Positions 47,656-62,496 of a stretch of DNA of 64,000 nt are shown here, in pieces. Every line of letters begins with the position of its first letter. The first letter of the stretch is position 1. Location of the stretch: positions 5,679,184 through 5,743,183 of the forward strand of contig NW_002060947.1 in NCBI RefSeq assembly GCF_000150275.1, read 5' to 3'. The notes under the pieces are model-generated. The model made no database searches and had not been told where the DNA came from. It saw only the letters and a list, made by a program, of their open reading frames with translations. Position numbers and translations under genes: made by a program. The DNA is from Trichoplax adhaerens (Eukaryota > Animalia > Placozoa).

Positions 47656-50600
47656 GATACGCTCCGTATGACTGATCGATCGATCACAAGATCTTTTCCC
47701 TTGCTTCTTCTTATTGCTCGATCAAGAAATGATCAGCAAGATTATTTTGAAAAATGCGATGGTCCCGAGAGTGAATGGCAGGGACAATCCAGTAACAGGC
47801 AGAGACTTGGAAGACCACTAACAGTACAGTATTGGTCTTACAATCCGTTGGCAGTCCTGGACTGTACAGTACTGTACACTGAGTGAACAGTACATGTACA
47901 GTACTGTACAGTTCTGTTACAATATCAAGTACTGTACCCTACAGTGCATGAAACCACCATGACTCAACGAAAATGACAGCACCCATGACGTCCCGTTACC
48001 GCTTCAGTCATGGTCAAGTCACTCTTCTGACTGAGAGTCAGTAGTCAGGGTGAATGACGCAACACACCCACAAAGTGAAGCCGCACTTTTGGGCGGTGGC
48101 CATCTACAGTAGATAGTATTTTTCCACAGTACGTACTGTACTGTACTGTGGAAAATACAAACAAAATACATGTCGTCCAAGTCACCATGTTATAGTGGAA
48201 ATTGAACCTAGTTGGATGACATCTGTTTTACATACAGTACAGGACTGTACTGTACAGTGTACATCACACCGCTTTTACTCGTACCATACTGTTATTGTAA
48301 ACTACTGCAACACTAATCGTGTTAACTCTTACTGCAATTCGACAAGGAGCACAAGGAAATGGACAAGACCACAATAATTCACCACCAATTAGCGCATAGG
48401 AAGTGATTCTACTGTACATGATGACTTGCATTGGTGTCTTTAGCCGTTGTAAAGTGCTCAAGATATAAGTTATTAAGTTAAATGGACGATTGAATTTACA
48501 AATAAGTGTTATCCATTAACTTAGCGACTCACTTATCAGGTCTCAAGCATTAAATAGCCTCACCAATTTCCCTGGTGCAAAACTATCATAAATAATAAAT
48601 TAATAGCCAAGTCTACAGAAGTATAGTAAGAATCACATTATACTTTTCGACGACATTGGATATTTGTTAATTTAATAACTGCGTGTTAACATATGATTCA
48701 TCACATAATAAAAACTATAATATTGATGGCACAATTATGAATTCATGAATGCCACTTGATATGCACGGTTGATACTAGTTTATACGGTGAATATTACAGG
48801 ATAGAGACAGAGAAAGCATATAGACAGCAATCAGAAAGAATATGGCTGTGAATTTCCTTTTAATGTCTTGCTTTGTGTAGAATATATATCCGTCCATTTG
48901 AACGGGGGCTTTACTAGTATTATTAATTAGAGAAACTTTGATGTAGCTAGCTTGTCTTATGCTTTGCATCGTAGCCGCTTTTGACTTGGGACTTTGAAGA
49001 GAAATTCTCTTAGAAAAAGCATCTATTTTGCCTTTTTACATCTTTATGCTGTAAATTAGGCACTACCAAACACTCCTCTTACGTATCAATTTATCACACA
49101 TTACAACTCCGGTATTCCAATGTCAAGATTGATCCTTTATGTATATCTAAATAAACCTGTAGTATCTTGCCAGCTCTTGTACTCATCGAAATCCTTTCTT
49201 AAACTACTGACAGAAACCACGTCTGTTTACAAAAGCCCTCTACTAGAACTGTCAAGATAATTGTTACATGTCAAGAGTACTTAGCTTGATCCCTAAGCAA
49301 GGATTGAGCTGCTGTGATAATCGATTTCTGCCTGAATCAACCGTGCTTACGTCAATGAATGAGAGCTTTAGCTCTTCGGTTCGCTATCAAATATCTAGAT
49401 GAATTGTCAATCATAATATTAGTCAACAATACGCACACAGTATACGACATTTTCTGACGGCGATTAATAGCTGGCAGTATGCAACATGTCTTCAAATCGC
49501 TATTATAACAATAGGAAAATTTCCTTTTAAAATTGAACAGTCATTTTTACAATTATCCGCTAAAAGTAGGTCATCATTTTTTCATCATTATTAGAATTGC
49601 GATAAATTTTAAATTAATTCATTGTCTATAGTTTAACTTCTAATTATTCGATTTATCTCTATTTTGCATAGTTCTTGGTTTTTAATCAAGTATTGCAGCA
49701 ATAAATGATTCTTCAGTAATAGAATGACTTACATGAAATAATGCTAAAGTATTTCCGCTACATAATTACAGGTATGGAATTGATCAGTGAAATATGGTTA
49801 ATCCATAATCAATGAGAATACCCATCCCCAATTCATGCCAATTTTGTCCCTTTAGAAAAGGCCAGAATTTTTAATCTGATGCTCGCAATTTCAAAACTGT
49901 AATCCCTAAATCGCATTCATTTATCGTCGATTTAATATTTAGTAATAATTGCAAAGGCTGAGAATAGAGCTGAAACGTATCAACAAATAAGATTGATACG
50001 CAATCATCTTATATTCAATTAGAGAATGAAGAGCTGGTCTTAATTAATCTTCAACGTCTGTTATAGAGAAGCTATAAACTAATTAACTAATAAAGGAAAG
50101 ATTCATTTTATGGCTTAAAATTTTATAACGTTAACGGTCTATTTGAGGCCCTCTATGTCATAAGCCTATCCTAAGTCATGATGGAGGGTAAGTGTAAGGA
50201 TAGGTGAATTTTAATTTATGAATCAAGATTGAACTTTAGCTTTTTTTAGTCTACTTACAAAGATGAATAATTTTTGTCGTAAAGTGTGTACGGCATATTA
50301 ACTATAAATTACATGTAATTATTCGAATTGGATGTAAAATCAACTTTCAAATGTACACGTATTTGTTAGCAATGATTATAGCCACACACGGTAAATAGAA
50401 ATGCTGAATATAAGAACGATTATCATATATTCGTATGCGTACAGTTATGAACCATAATGCAAACAGCGGCTGTATACGAGTATATACGTATTACCGTTGA
50501 TAACACTAGAGCACATGTCGATGAGCTACCATGACTTTAATAAATCTAAATTATGATTATGCTTGCATTCTTATTAATTAAATTAATGACTTCCTTGTTT

Positions 50601-51262
50601 AGTATAATATGAACATAAGAATAAACTATCGTGATAGCTATTTTATTTTCTTCAGGTTAAACAAGCGTCGTACCTTATAGTACTATTTATAAAACAGGCC
50701 AACTACCTTATCTTTTGATTTGTTAACCCTTTAAACTATGAAATTGGGTCTACTAGACCATTTCAATGCGAATCGTAGAAGTAGCAACCACCACTGCAGA
50801 TCTTTTTATTGCATTCACTTTTTCATCATTAGCATTAAATGTACTTTTAGTGACTACTAGCTAGTTTGATCAAGCTGCTAAGAAATTCAAAGGAAAGTTC
50901 CATCATGAAGGATATATGCTTAAAAACTATAAGTATATTTTAGCTGTGACATCATTAGTATGCAAATCCTATTACCTATCAGCGATCATGCCAAGGTGGC
51001 AAAAAAATAATTTCAGTATAGTATTATACATTATTTTAGTGTAATTACTACAGCGCAGAATGACAGGCCTTGAAAAATAACGAACGAATAAGGCGTCGTT
51101 AAATTAAAAATTTGCACCTGGCCAAATTGTCTGTCACTCATTAATATTTTATTCGATCAAAATGTACGTCTAGATTGACCTAATTTGTATATAAAATAAA
51201 CACAAAAGTGTTTAATAATCGAAACCGTTTTAGAATAATTTAGTCTTAAAATCAATCCGAAA

Positions 51263-54200
51263 ATGGCGTCAAAAAGTTATCCGTGTTTTACTGTAAGCGC
51301 AGTAGAATAACTTCATATAATTATTTCTCGTTCATCATGTGATTCAGTTCTGTAAAAGTGGATTATTAAAGACAGAAAATGATGGTAGATCAGTTACATG
51401 CAGGCTATATTTGAAATTTACTGCTACTAACTACAAAAACGACGAATCCATTTCGGCAATCCGCTATTTCTAGGGCTTAATATCTTGGAAGTATTTCATA
51501 TTAACTGACTTGTTATTTCTTTCATAGCTGTTCTTACTTCAATTTTGTGTGGTTTTTGGATTACCATCATCTAGTAAGTTAATCTTGAAAAATCTTTCCT
51601 AACTGAAAATTGAATTACCAGTTAGATCTAAAAAGTGCAAAGCAGTCATTAAATGTGCATTCTATTGTACACTAGCCTTAAAATTGTTGTCTTACATTTT
51701 ATCTACTTGAGATAAGATGTCATGATAGCTATCACTGCAGTATGGGGATATCAATGCCAATGCCTCTACAATTAAGATAACTAATACATAAATCCTTGTT
51801 CCTGTCATTTTAGTGGAGAAATTTTGGATTCGAACAGACAATGAAGTGAATACCTGTTATCATGTTTCTAGCTTTCAATATAATTTTTTCACTGCTCAAA
51901 TATATTGCCAATCAGTTGGCGGTAGTTTAGCTATATTAGACACTTACGATAAGCAAACATCATTCGCTAAAATGTATTACAATCACCTTGGCCTTGATGC
52001 AGACATATGGATCGGATTGCACAATCTTTATAGTTCAGAACTTAATTATTATGAATTACGATGGATGAATGGCCAATTAATCGACTTCACTAACATTATA
52101 CCTCATGAATCGAATAATACGGCAGAGCTCTGTTGTACTATGAGATATCAATTCAATCATACATGGTACTATGATAATTGCATGAATTCTCGCAATTTTG
52201 CCTGTCAAAAAGGTACGGTAAGAAATGTAATTAACTAATTGAAGGAAAGGAATAGATTTGATCTCTCGTACCGGGTCCGGAGATATTTCAACATTATAGG
52301 TTACCGTGCGTTTCCTACTCCCTTAGAAATTCATACTATTACTTAGGCAATATATTTTCAAAACCTTGTTAAGGAGAATGCGAAAGAGCAAGATAACTAT
52401 TCCTCTTAGATGCAATATTAGAAGGATTTTGCCATTTTTCTTCTACTTCTATCACAGTATGTATTAGTTCTGTATTGTGACATATCACATTTAGTTTGCA
52501 ATTAAACTTTATTCTTCCCCACGGTGTTAGTATTACCTACAGTATAATCCTACATTCAAGTAATAAAAAAGCAGTCTGATGAGACGGTGTGACAGCGATT
52601 CTTATTACACTATGAATATCAGGAATTTCTTTTCTTTTTGCTTTCTTTTTATTTATATATCGCAGAAGAATGTCAGCACCTTTAATGTTCTGAGATAGAT
52701 CATAATCGATAATAAGTTTAATAACGTTACAAAATTTTTTCTACGATTGTTACGAAATAATACAGTTGTTGTAGACATAATATCGATAAGATCTATCATA
52801 TTGAATAAGCCTGTTTATTCAGTATATTTCTGCAGTTGTTCTGTAATGATGACGATTAAGTCCTAGATAGCATATCTAAGAAAATAAGTTGTTATCTTAT
52901 TATGAATAAGATAAGATTGTCGTTAACATTCATGGTATGTCCGTGTCTGTAATGATGACGATTAAGTCCTAGATAGCATATCTAGGAAAATAAGTTGTTA
53001 TCTTATTATGAATAAGATAAGATTGTCGTTAACATTCATGGTATGTCCGTTATTGCACATTACTGGTAATTGTCTCTTAAATATAACGGCTCCTAACGCA
53101 TAATAAAGTTAGTTCGGTACTTAAGCTCTATTGGTCTCGTGATTGTTCAGTACTCAAGCCCTACTGGACTAGTAAATTATTGTTACGATAAACTAGAAAG
53201 TGTAACAACGATAGCTGAGGAACCTATCCATTGATCTTAAATTAAATCGGCCACTGTTTAGAAATAAATCAAAGATAAACGTATGTTATCCACATAGAAA
53301 TTGTCTTAGATTATGCCTATTTCCATACTATATTTTTTAGAGCTAGAATTCTTTAGCAATGATAAGAGATTGAAGCTTATTCCCTATGTCAACACTGCAG
53401 TATATTATGTAATGAATCACTTTTGCATATGTTACAAAACAACGTACTGTATATCCAATTTTTTTTTCAGTTTCTAAAATTAGCTACCTTATAAGTACCA
53501 AGACGGAAATTTCTATTTATGCTTAATGATATTTAATGAGACCTTTCTAATCATGATCAAATTAATGAATAGTTTTGAATTCAACTCTTCCGACTTAAGT
53601 AACGATATTCATGCTTGTTATTTATCAAATTAATCGTTGCCATTGTGGCTATTGAGACTATTGAGAAGAGGGAATTGACCTTAACATTCATGTTGAATAA
53701 ACTATCTGCAATAGCTTCATTTACATTAATTTTTCTGTTGATAATTATAAACTAATAATTAGCTTTTACTTCAATGTATTGCAACAGATTGTACTGTCGA
53801 TTTTCAATATGAAAATCGTGCCTTCACTCTTTATGGCACCAATTTGGGTTATGATGACAGTCGATCAGATTGCCAAGGCAAAGGTGGTGATTTAGCAATC
53901 GTTAACGAAGAGGCCATAAGTAAAGTCTTAAATGCTACCTTGCCGTTGAATTTGCATTTATGGATTGGTCTCCGAGATATACACAACGTCAATAGTCCAT
54001 TTCAATTCATCTGGGTTAACGATACAGTGGCAATATCTTACGTTAATTGGGGTTTGATTGGCCCTAACACTGATGATTGTGTCGTTGTTACACCTTTTAG
54101 TGGCACTTACAAATGGGTTAACTACCCATGCACCTCGTCTGTTTATCGTTTATGTGAAAAAGGTTCTAAATAAATTATTTTGTAGTGTTAGAATACTTGG

Positions 54201-55902
54201 AAGTGATCTTATACTGACATTAAATTAGCTAGAGCTCAGTTTCTTGCTCTGCTTGTTCTGATTGCAGAAGCATCACCAATATCACCAATCACTTCACAAC
54301 CAACTGCAGTAGCAACAATACCATCCACTACAGACGGAGTAACAACATTTGAATCGACAACATCAGAATCAACTACGGAAGGATCGACGATATTGGAATC
54401 CACAACATCAGAATCAACTACGGGAGGATCGACGACATTGGAATCAACAACATCGGAACTAGGTACAGTGCAATCGACAACATCAGAATTTGGTACGGAA
54501 CAATCGACTACATCGCTATCTGGCACATCAGAATCAATTACAACAGAATCGGCTACATCTGAATCAACTACATCAGCATCAACATCAGAATTAGGTACAA
54601 CGGAATCGACTACAACTGGATCGGAAACATCAGGTTCAACTGCTGTGGAATTGTCTACTTCGGAATCAACATCATCCGGATCCGAATCAACTACTGTGAC
54701 GACTGAGGAATTAGAATTAGGATCTAATTCGTCAGATTTAGTAACACTGGTGCCAACAACATCCGATTATGGCCAAGTTTTAATTCGATATTATTCCTAT
54801 GTAAAAGAAGTCATTCAAGTAGGAGCCCTTACAGGTATAATCAGGATCATTGTTTTTATTTAAATCTATCCCAAAGTATAATTTTGGACCATCTCCCAGT
54901 GACCTACCGTGATGTTAGCCAATTGGGCATGTAGTTGTGAATGATACTTCGTAAGGTACTTGAAAAAATAGTCGGTCTCTTTATGGTTACTGTCTTGTCA
55001 ATAACTGATCAAGAATTGGTTATATTGCACAGCGTAATAACTCATGATAAACAAATATCTTTTCTAGCAGTCCTACAATTTGATTTTATCGTTGTATGGC
55101 CAAATAACCGATTAGAATTTCGACTTTGCTTGCATGTAGAACAAATAGCTTTAGGATCTACCTTTACTTGATAGTATAGCCTTATTAATCATGGAAAGTT
55201 ACTACGGAGCATTTTAAAATATATTCACATGATTATGGGTAACAGGGAAAGTCCCATTCTTTCGTTTTATACTCGGTTAGAAAAGTCGTCCTAACTTCAT
55301 ATAAAGCAAAGTATTGTAGGATCTGCATGTATTCCATGTAATGATGCAACCCTTCCAATTATTTATCGAAATTTACTCTACAGCATAGCGTAGTACTAAC
55401 TTAAGACGCACAAATCTTCGTATTCTAAGAATAATTAATGAATCACCTGGATAAGATGGCAAAATTTCGACATCTAACCGTTTAAAATGAGATATTCAAC
55501 ATCTGTAGTTAACAATTTGATAAACTGTTTATAAAATGAAGAGAGAGAGGGACAGATATAGCTTTAGGCATTTTATCTGTAAAGTATTTCATTCATTCTA
55601 AGACACCTTGTCAAGAAATATAGGGTAATATGGTCATTGTTGAAAACTAATTTTATGTTCTTTTTTCTTTATGTTCTACGTTACTCTCTAACTATATGAT
55701 TCTAGTTCAAAGTTCTTATCGAATGGTCGGTATTCCAACTACTAAAATACTACAACCAATCATGTCGTGGTCTGGCATATCGCGCCATCAATGCGCTTTC
55801 TACTGCACAAGAAATTTAATCTGTTCCCATTTTGACTACAACTCTTCGATTATCTTTACCACAGATATTTCTCTATGCACCCTGTATAGTGTAAAGGCAT
55901 AA
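51263..55902 (+). CDS. Secreted protein: signal peptide, two C-type lectin-like domains, Ser/Thr/Glu-rich mucin-like stalk and a PAN/Apple-like C-terminal domain
   Basis: Exons: MASKSYPCFT|LFLLQFCVVFGLPSS, then CTL1 51814-52212 (CQSVGGSLA, WIGLH, FACQK), CTL2 53788-54162 (CQGKGGDLA, WIGLRD, LCEK), stalk 54268-54834 (ESTTSE repeats) and last exon 55706-55902 (QCAFYCTRNLICSHFDYN...CTLYS). Phase-1 introns separate the domains. Confidence 0.85.
52841..53050. repeat. Near-perfect tandem duplication (period 106 bp) in a lectin intron
   Basis: ctgtaatgatgacgattaagtcctagatagc...catggtatgtccgt occurs at 52841 and 52947 with one visible substitution. Confidence 0.95.
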
Positions 55903-58900
55903 GCTTTGCAGCTCAATGACTAATCATTGAGTAACAATTACTGCCTTTTTTAGATACGACAGCCATAATATTCAGCTAATAAATTATTAAGTGCTATCGA
56001 AAGATTAACCCACGGTATTGTTATATTAACAATATACATATAACTAATTTGAAATTTTGCAAGTCATGCCATGAAGTAGCAATTCACTACCATGATCAAG
56101 GTAGATGTATGTAATGCATCATTTTATGCCTTTAAACGCTTGAATATAATTGTTGTTAGATAGAAGAAACTTTACTTAACCAAATGAATATTTAACTTAG
56201 TTAACTTAATTAAGTTGCCATGGATTATGTTCTTGTTCAGAGTAGACGGTTATAACAGATTAAATGATCGTTTTAATTTACAAAATACTTGTATTTTATT
56301 TTTTTTCGCTCCTAAGGCGCTTAAATAGTCCTTAAGCTCCAAGATCATGATTGTAATTCCTTTTTAATGCTAACAATATCCTAATACCCGGTAAGGATGA
56401 TAAATACTATGCCTTCTAAAGTCAGCCATTATCATATTTTCGAGTATAATTTTTCGGAGAATGTCAGTACGGTTATATCTATCTTAAGCTCTAGCTTTAT
56501 TATCTTCGAATGCAAGTATGAAAATTATTAAAGATTTCGCTATGTCCTTATCCTGATTATTAAATATATAGAGTTACAGATTCAATTCGATCCTATTTCT
56601 TTGCAGTTTTTTCAAACTTCTTTTAATATTAAAAACTAGCTTTAATCAGCTATTATCGAATAAGTAATTATATATGTTTTTATACTGTTGAAGGAAGACT
56701 TATTTACATTGAAGAGACCAAAATTTACTGAATACAATCTCTGTTGTGACTTTCATCATTTATTATTTATATTACTCATAACGGATTATTCGGTAAAAAA
56801 TGTTAAAGTCATCTTATAACAAATAAGATCGGTCACTTGACGTTCTTCTCTAAAGTAATACTTACTATAATAAATAGATAATTTCAGTATTATTAACATG
56901 CATAAAACTATTAGTTTTTAATGTATTCTGTAACGCTAACAATTCTACATAGAATCGTCTAACTAAAGGGTTCGTGAAACGCTTGCATCATTAAAATACC
57001 TGTAGAACTATTTTAGGAGTACTTTATTGCATTTTTTGGAGACACCCTGTCTACCCAAGATAGAATTTAAAATGCTAATTTAGTAAAATAAAAAATTAGA
57101 TTTTACGTATTCCAAAGTATTTCTAATATTTGAAATTAAAAAGATCTATTCAGTCTCATTTTCATTTTCGTTGATATTCTATCATAAATTATAATTATAA
57201 TCTGAACCCAACAAATATACTGTTGATAATATCCTGCATATCCTGCTTTCTTTCTCGTATTCAATGCTGTTTTTATCGGACTTTGATAATTACAAGATAT
57301 TAGAGATTCCTGCTTTGATCTAAAGGAAAAAGAAGCGGTTTTCTAAACCTGCCAATTTGCTAAAATTATAAATAAGTGGCTTAAATAATAAGTAGTTTAA
57401 TGGTATAATATCGCGGAATACCTATTTTATTTCGTGATTCAAGCTTAATTTTCTTTCTGAAGCTCAATAAAAATAAGAATAAACATCTACTTAAAGGGCT
57501 CTAATGCAATAGATTGCTATAATTCAAGTCTATACATGTGAACATGCATGTGGATAAAGTTTTTTCTGAAACTCGCAATAATAATTAATTACCGAAGTAT
57601 GAGGGGGATAAGTACAAGCCCATACTGCTTATTAGATGAATTAATAGAGCTACTAAATAGTCTGATCAATTTAATTCGTATAATTATCTGTATTGTACAG
57701 TAATATTTATATCATACTCGTACGTGCTATATTGCTCTAAATTACTTTAACATCTGCCATCTCTGGAATATTATATATAGATAGAATGTGATAAAATAAG
57801 ATGAATAATGTAAGGTGTATAGTTTGAAGAGTATTAAATTTCGCACTTTTCTTGCCGTATTCAGCTACTGTAATTCATTAATTATTAAATATTGTTCCCT
57901 AGGCTCAGGAAATGAAAATAATTAACTCTTTGCAAATCATCAAATTTAATTTCGAATTTTTCTCGTTAGTTGTATTTCGTGACATTGCATCATTGCTTCC
58001 TACATAGACCGTTTTATGCTCTACATTTCGAAAGTAACAACTAAATGGCATTTGATTTTCAACTTTATATTCTTATAATCGTAAGCTGCTGTAGTTTTGT
58101 TAATTATAATTATTATACGCAGATTGTAATTATTTTTAAAACCAACTATAGGCCCATCATATTACATATGGATTTTAACCTTATCATCTGACTTGAATCT
58201 TAGTCTCGTAATGCTTTACACGATTAATATTATTCTAATTCATGAATAGGCTATCATTATATCAATTTATGCTCCTATAACGATAGGTATTCCTGCAGGT
58301 AAGCTAGGATAGATTGTAGAATTATGATTAGGGATATATCAAGAGGAGATATTTATATTTTCCTTTTTAGCGTTATTGACCGACTGTGATGAGTTATTAA
58401 ATATAGCTAGAGGAGCCAATACTGGTTTGGGAAGTTTATTGAATTTAGACTAGAATTTTAAATCATCGCTGCTGTAGTAGATTATCTGTCCGACATAAAG
58501 TAAAATAACACCACTTATATGATTATTATGGATTTAGATTATACTCACATACTTAAAATTTTCAGTGACACGTATAAATAAACCCCTTAATTCTAATAAT
58601 ACTATACTTCAGAATTAAATTCAGACTGTTTACAGCCATTAGACCGTAAATATATTCTAAGTCATTTATAAATTATAGCGATAAAGGTTCTCTTCTCAAA
58701 TCAATTAGTCTGTGGAAAAAATTACGCTACCATTATAATATCTTACAAAGATATTTGTGTATGTATCATATTGACAAGTGGCGATTTACATGAAAAGGTC
58801 CTCTGCTTATGCTTGATTTAAAATTATTTTTATATTACGTTATAATTATTCAACTTTCACGAAAATGCCACCTCAAATAGATCTTTATGCCAATAAAGGA

Positions 58901-61177
58901 GCTCAGAAGGATCCAGGTAATTTCAAGTATAGTCATAAATAACTCTGATCATAATCATAATTATTAATAAATGATAGGCTTGACGAGTCCTAGCGTTCAA
59001 TACCTTGCTGCATAATTTAAATATTATTTTACCTGCTTTCCTCTTTGATTGTTAAGGTATCGAGCTTATTCGCCATATTATGAGTAGATATAACTAATAA
59101 TTTACTGATATGAAATCCTTATTCAGTATATCAAATTTATTTCTGGATTAATTAGCAGTCCTTGATCACAAATAATAGTGCACCCATTCTCAAGGTTCTA
59201 TTCCATCGTAATCTGGTTATAAAAGATCACTGACTGCCAAAGCATACAAGCAGATACTATTATAAATTATGCTAATATCTAGTCATGAATTTGTACTGGA
59301 AAGTTAATATCTATATCTAAAATAATACCGTCCAACTTTTTGGTTGGTAGTCAAAGTTAATACTGTACACTGTGTAGTACCATAATGGTTTAAAAAAATT
59401 TAGGTTCTTATATGAAGGTTCGTTAAAGATACTTTCCATGATAATAAGGACGTATCTTTACGATCAAGCAATTCAAATTTTAAAGCATTTCTGAATTGAG
59501 CGTATAATTACGTATTGTAATTATGCAGTAAAAGTGCTAAATACTGTACATCATACAAGTAAAGAAACTAGATTAAGAACACTGATCTGAGTGTAGTGAG
59601 AGGGCCACCTACTTGTATTACAGAATATTTAAGCTCTTAAGATGCTATAATTTTAGCAATTCATCTTCATAACAACCTTTTATCCTTAAAGTAATTGAAA
59701 TACGGTATTCTCTGAATTGCTTCTATTAATTATTCCTGTTTGTATGTAGGTTTGCTAGCAGATAATATATAACTTCTAACATTAAGTTTAAGAGTTTGAT
59801 AATTAATTAAACTCTAACCATCTGTTTTCCATATTTAATTCCAGAAGTGTAAATTTAATTTACTGTTAAATTAGTACAGGAATAATTCTGCTTGAATTAG
59901 ATTTAATTGATTTCATTTTGCTGTTCCTGATGATACACCTAATTCAAGTGAAATAGCTTTCATCTAGACGATAATTAATTATTAAAAATAATAAAATATT
60001 TAGCTATAGCGGTATTATTTCAACGTCATAGGGAATAGCTATGAATGAATGATTAATTTGGATATGATGATTCCATTACCATTTCAAATTTCTTAGAATT
60101 ATTCTAACCTACCGTACTTTCTATAACAGAAATAACGGCCCAGGTACATAAGTAAACTGATTCAAATGCACGATACGTTGTCTGGGAAAAATATCAATTC
60201 TATCTAGTAATTCTTCGGTCTAATCATGATATTTTACTGACTAAACTAATAGCATTTAATTAGTATTAACTACCATACTACTGTATAAGGCAATCTGTAA
60301 AATAATCTTTAGAAGAATTATTATTCTAAGCAGAGACAGGATCACTGCAGAATTGAAATTATAAAAAGATCTGGAAAAATATAGTTTAGATCTAGAATCT
60401 GATCATCTAATGCTTCGTTCGTAAAGATATAAGTTTGTCTACTTGGCAAACTGCAAATAATTAATTAGCTATGATTTATATGTAATACATTTAAGTTAAG
60501 TAATGTTACCTGTATTGAATTTGGAGTTCATTGAATCTTAAAGCAGTCTTGTTGTTGGTTGTCTATAGCTGATGAAACTGAAATTACAGAAGCTCTTTAT
60601 AACCGTGAAATGCAATTAATTATTATAAATAAAATTAAGAAAACTTAGATTAATTTCTCCAATTCTGATTAATACTCTCCCTGGGCTGTCAGAATAATCT
60701 GCTAAAATATTCGTAAAACGGTTGGTGACTACCGTTCACTGTAATGTACATATATCTAAATTTGACAATCACGTATTTTCTAGCACATGAAATTTTCTTA
60801 TTTTACTGCTAATTAAATACCATTTAAGAATTATTCGAGATTTATAAATAGTAGCAGGACCTGCGAATTTTAAGTTACAATATATTAGATATTGATTGAT
60901 TGATATAGAAGTGTCTACTGTTGAAATGCATATTTTTCCACCAACCAGCATTTTTTTGGTGAAAGTTACCACAGAATCGTAGCTTTAGGTATTCGTGTTC
61001 GCTTCTTGACAAGACCACACCAGTTAATAGTGAAACTGCCTCTTTTTAAAATTGTTTCTGAGACTTGTAAATGAAATTAGACTGCTAATATAGAGATATT
61101 TTAGCGATAGTATTATTTAGATAAATATTTTCTTGAATTTACAAAATTTTAATTACTGTGCTTGATATATCTACCAG

Positions 61178-62496
61178 AACCTGGCACAGCTGCCGCTACT
61201 ACCACCAGCACGAGTGAAAGTTCACCTTTATTTGTAATGTCTTATTATGAAAAGAAAATTTCAAGAACAACAGAGTGTACAGGTAATATTTTATTTCTGA
61301 TGATTGCGGAATATGTGCATTCTTCTGGCGGCTGTAGCAAGCACATACTTCACTCCATTTAACTATAATCAAACGTGAAATAACAGTAATATATTAGTAG
61401 AGTTATGCAAACATCAAAAACATGATATAGATAATATTGTCTGAACATATTGTTACGTAAAATAAAATCGCCAAACATTACCTTCCGCACTAGCAACAAA
61501 TAAACATTATGTCTACAGCCCAAAACCCTCTTTTTGCTATCGCTAGGAGACATAATTACTTATGTTTCTCTAGATCAAATAGCATTAACCCCGACTAGGT
61601 AATAATTTTTAGCTAAATTAAATAGATTTCAATGTCATTAATATCGATAACATTGCTAAAAATAGACTATTATTGAGACCAAAAGAAAGATAACGTTGCT
61701 ATCTAGATAAAATCAATGATGACATTGTTTTCTGTCCCGATAAATCAACTGAATACGAGCTCATGTTTACTATTCAAGTCATCTGATTTTATGTTGGCAC
61801 TTGATCATATCGCAAAAGCTAAACTTTAATTTATAGATATTACGGACTTTCGGCGCGATTAAGCGAAATAATCCGGTGAATGAGTGTTTATGTTTCCTAT
61901 TCAAGTTATTCGATTAATGCTAGTCCTTAATCAAACAGTAGAGGCTAGATTTTATTTTATAGATACTACCAACTTGCGGTACAATTAGAAATTTTTATAG
62001 CGATAGTTTCAAAATATCGTTATCGTCGTCCATAAAATACAGTAATTTGTTTTATAACAGTCTACTAGCTGATCCCTTACGCTATCCTCATTGAAGGGAA
62101 TTAAGTTCTAACAATTCAGCGATCACGCGGATAAGTACTGTTTCGTGTTTTACAAAAATCTCTCCAAAGGAAATCTTTATTGCGTAACTTGTCTCAAATG
62201 CAACATTCTAGATACTTATTATAAAAGTGAAATTTACAGCACTCAATTGCGGCTAAACCTAGGCTCATTTTCTAACTTTGGCATTTTCTATTTTAGTTCA
62301 GGCCTTCTACAATATTGTACACTCTCCTCGCGGTAATTTGTTATCAATCAGTATAACACTTCATGGAATTACACTACATCAGTGTGCTAATGGATGCACT
62401 CAAAATAGACTGTGCCAACTATTTGGTTATCAAAGCTGTCTTCAAAACACTATAGGCTATAACGTTTGTACTTTATTTCTTCTCTCGCTGGCGTGA
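61178..62496 (+). CDS. Second short-stalk + PAN/Apple-like module paralogous to the lectin 3' end; exons 61178-61282 and 62297-62496
   Basis: EPGTAAATTTSTSESSPLFVMSYYEKKISRTTECT|VQAFYNIV...LHGITLHQCANGCTQNRLCQLFGYQ...CTLF has the same exon phases and Cys spacing as 54268-54834 and 55706-55902. Confidence 0.7.

Noticed and set aside
54236-54526. Minus-strand DSDVVDS-repeat ORF
   Set aside because: It is the antisense shadow of the mucin stalk exon.
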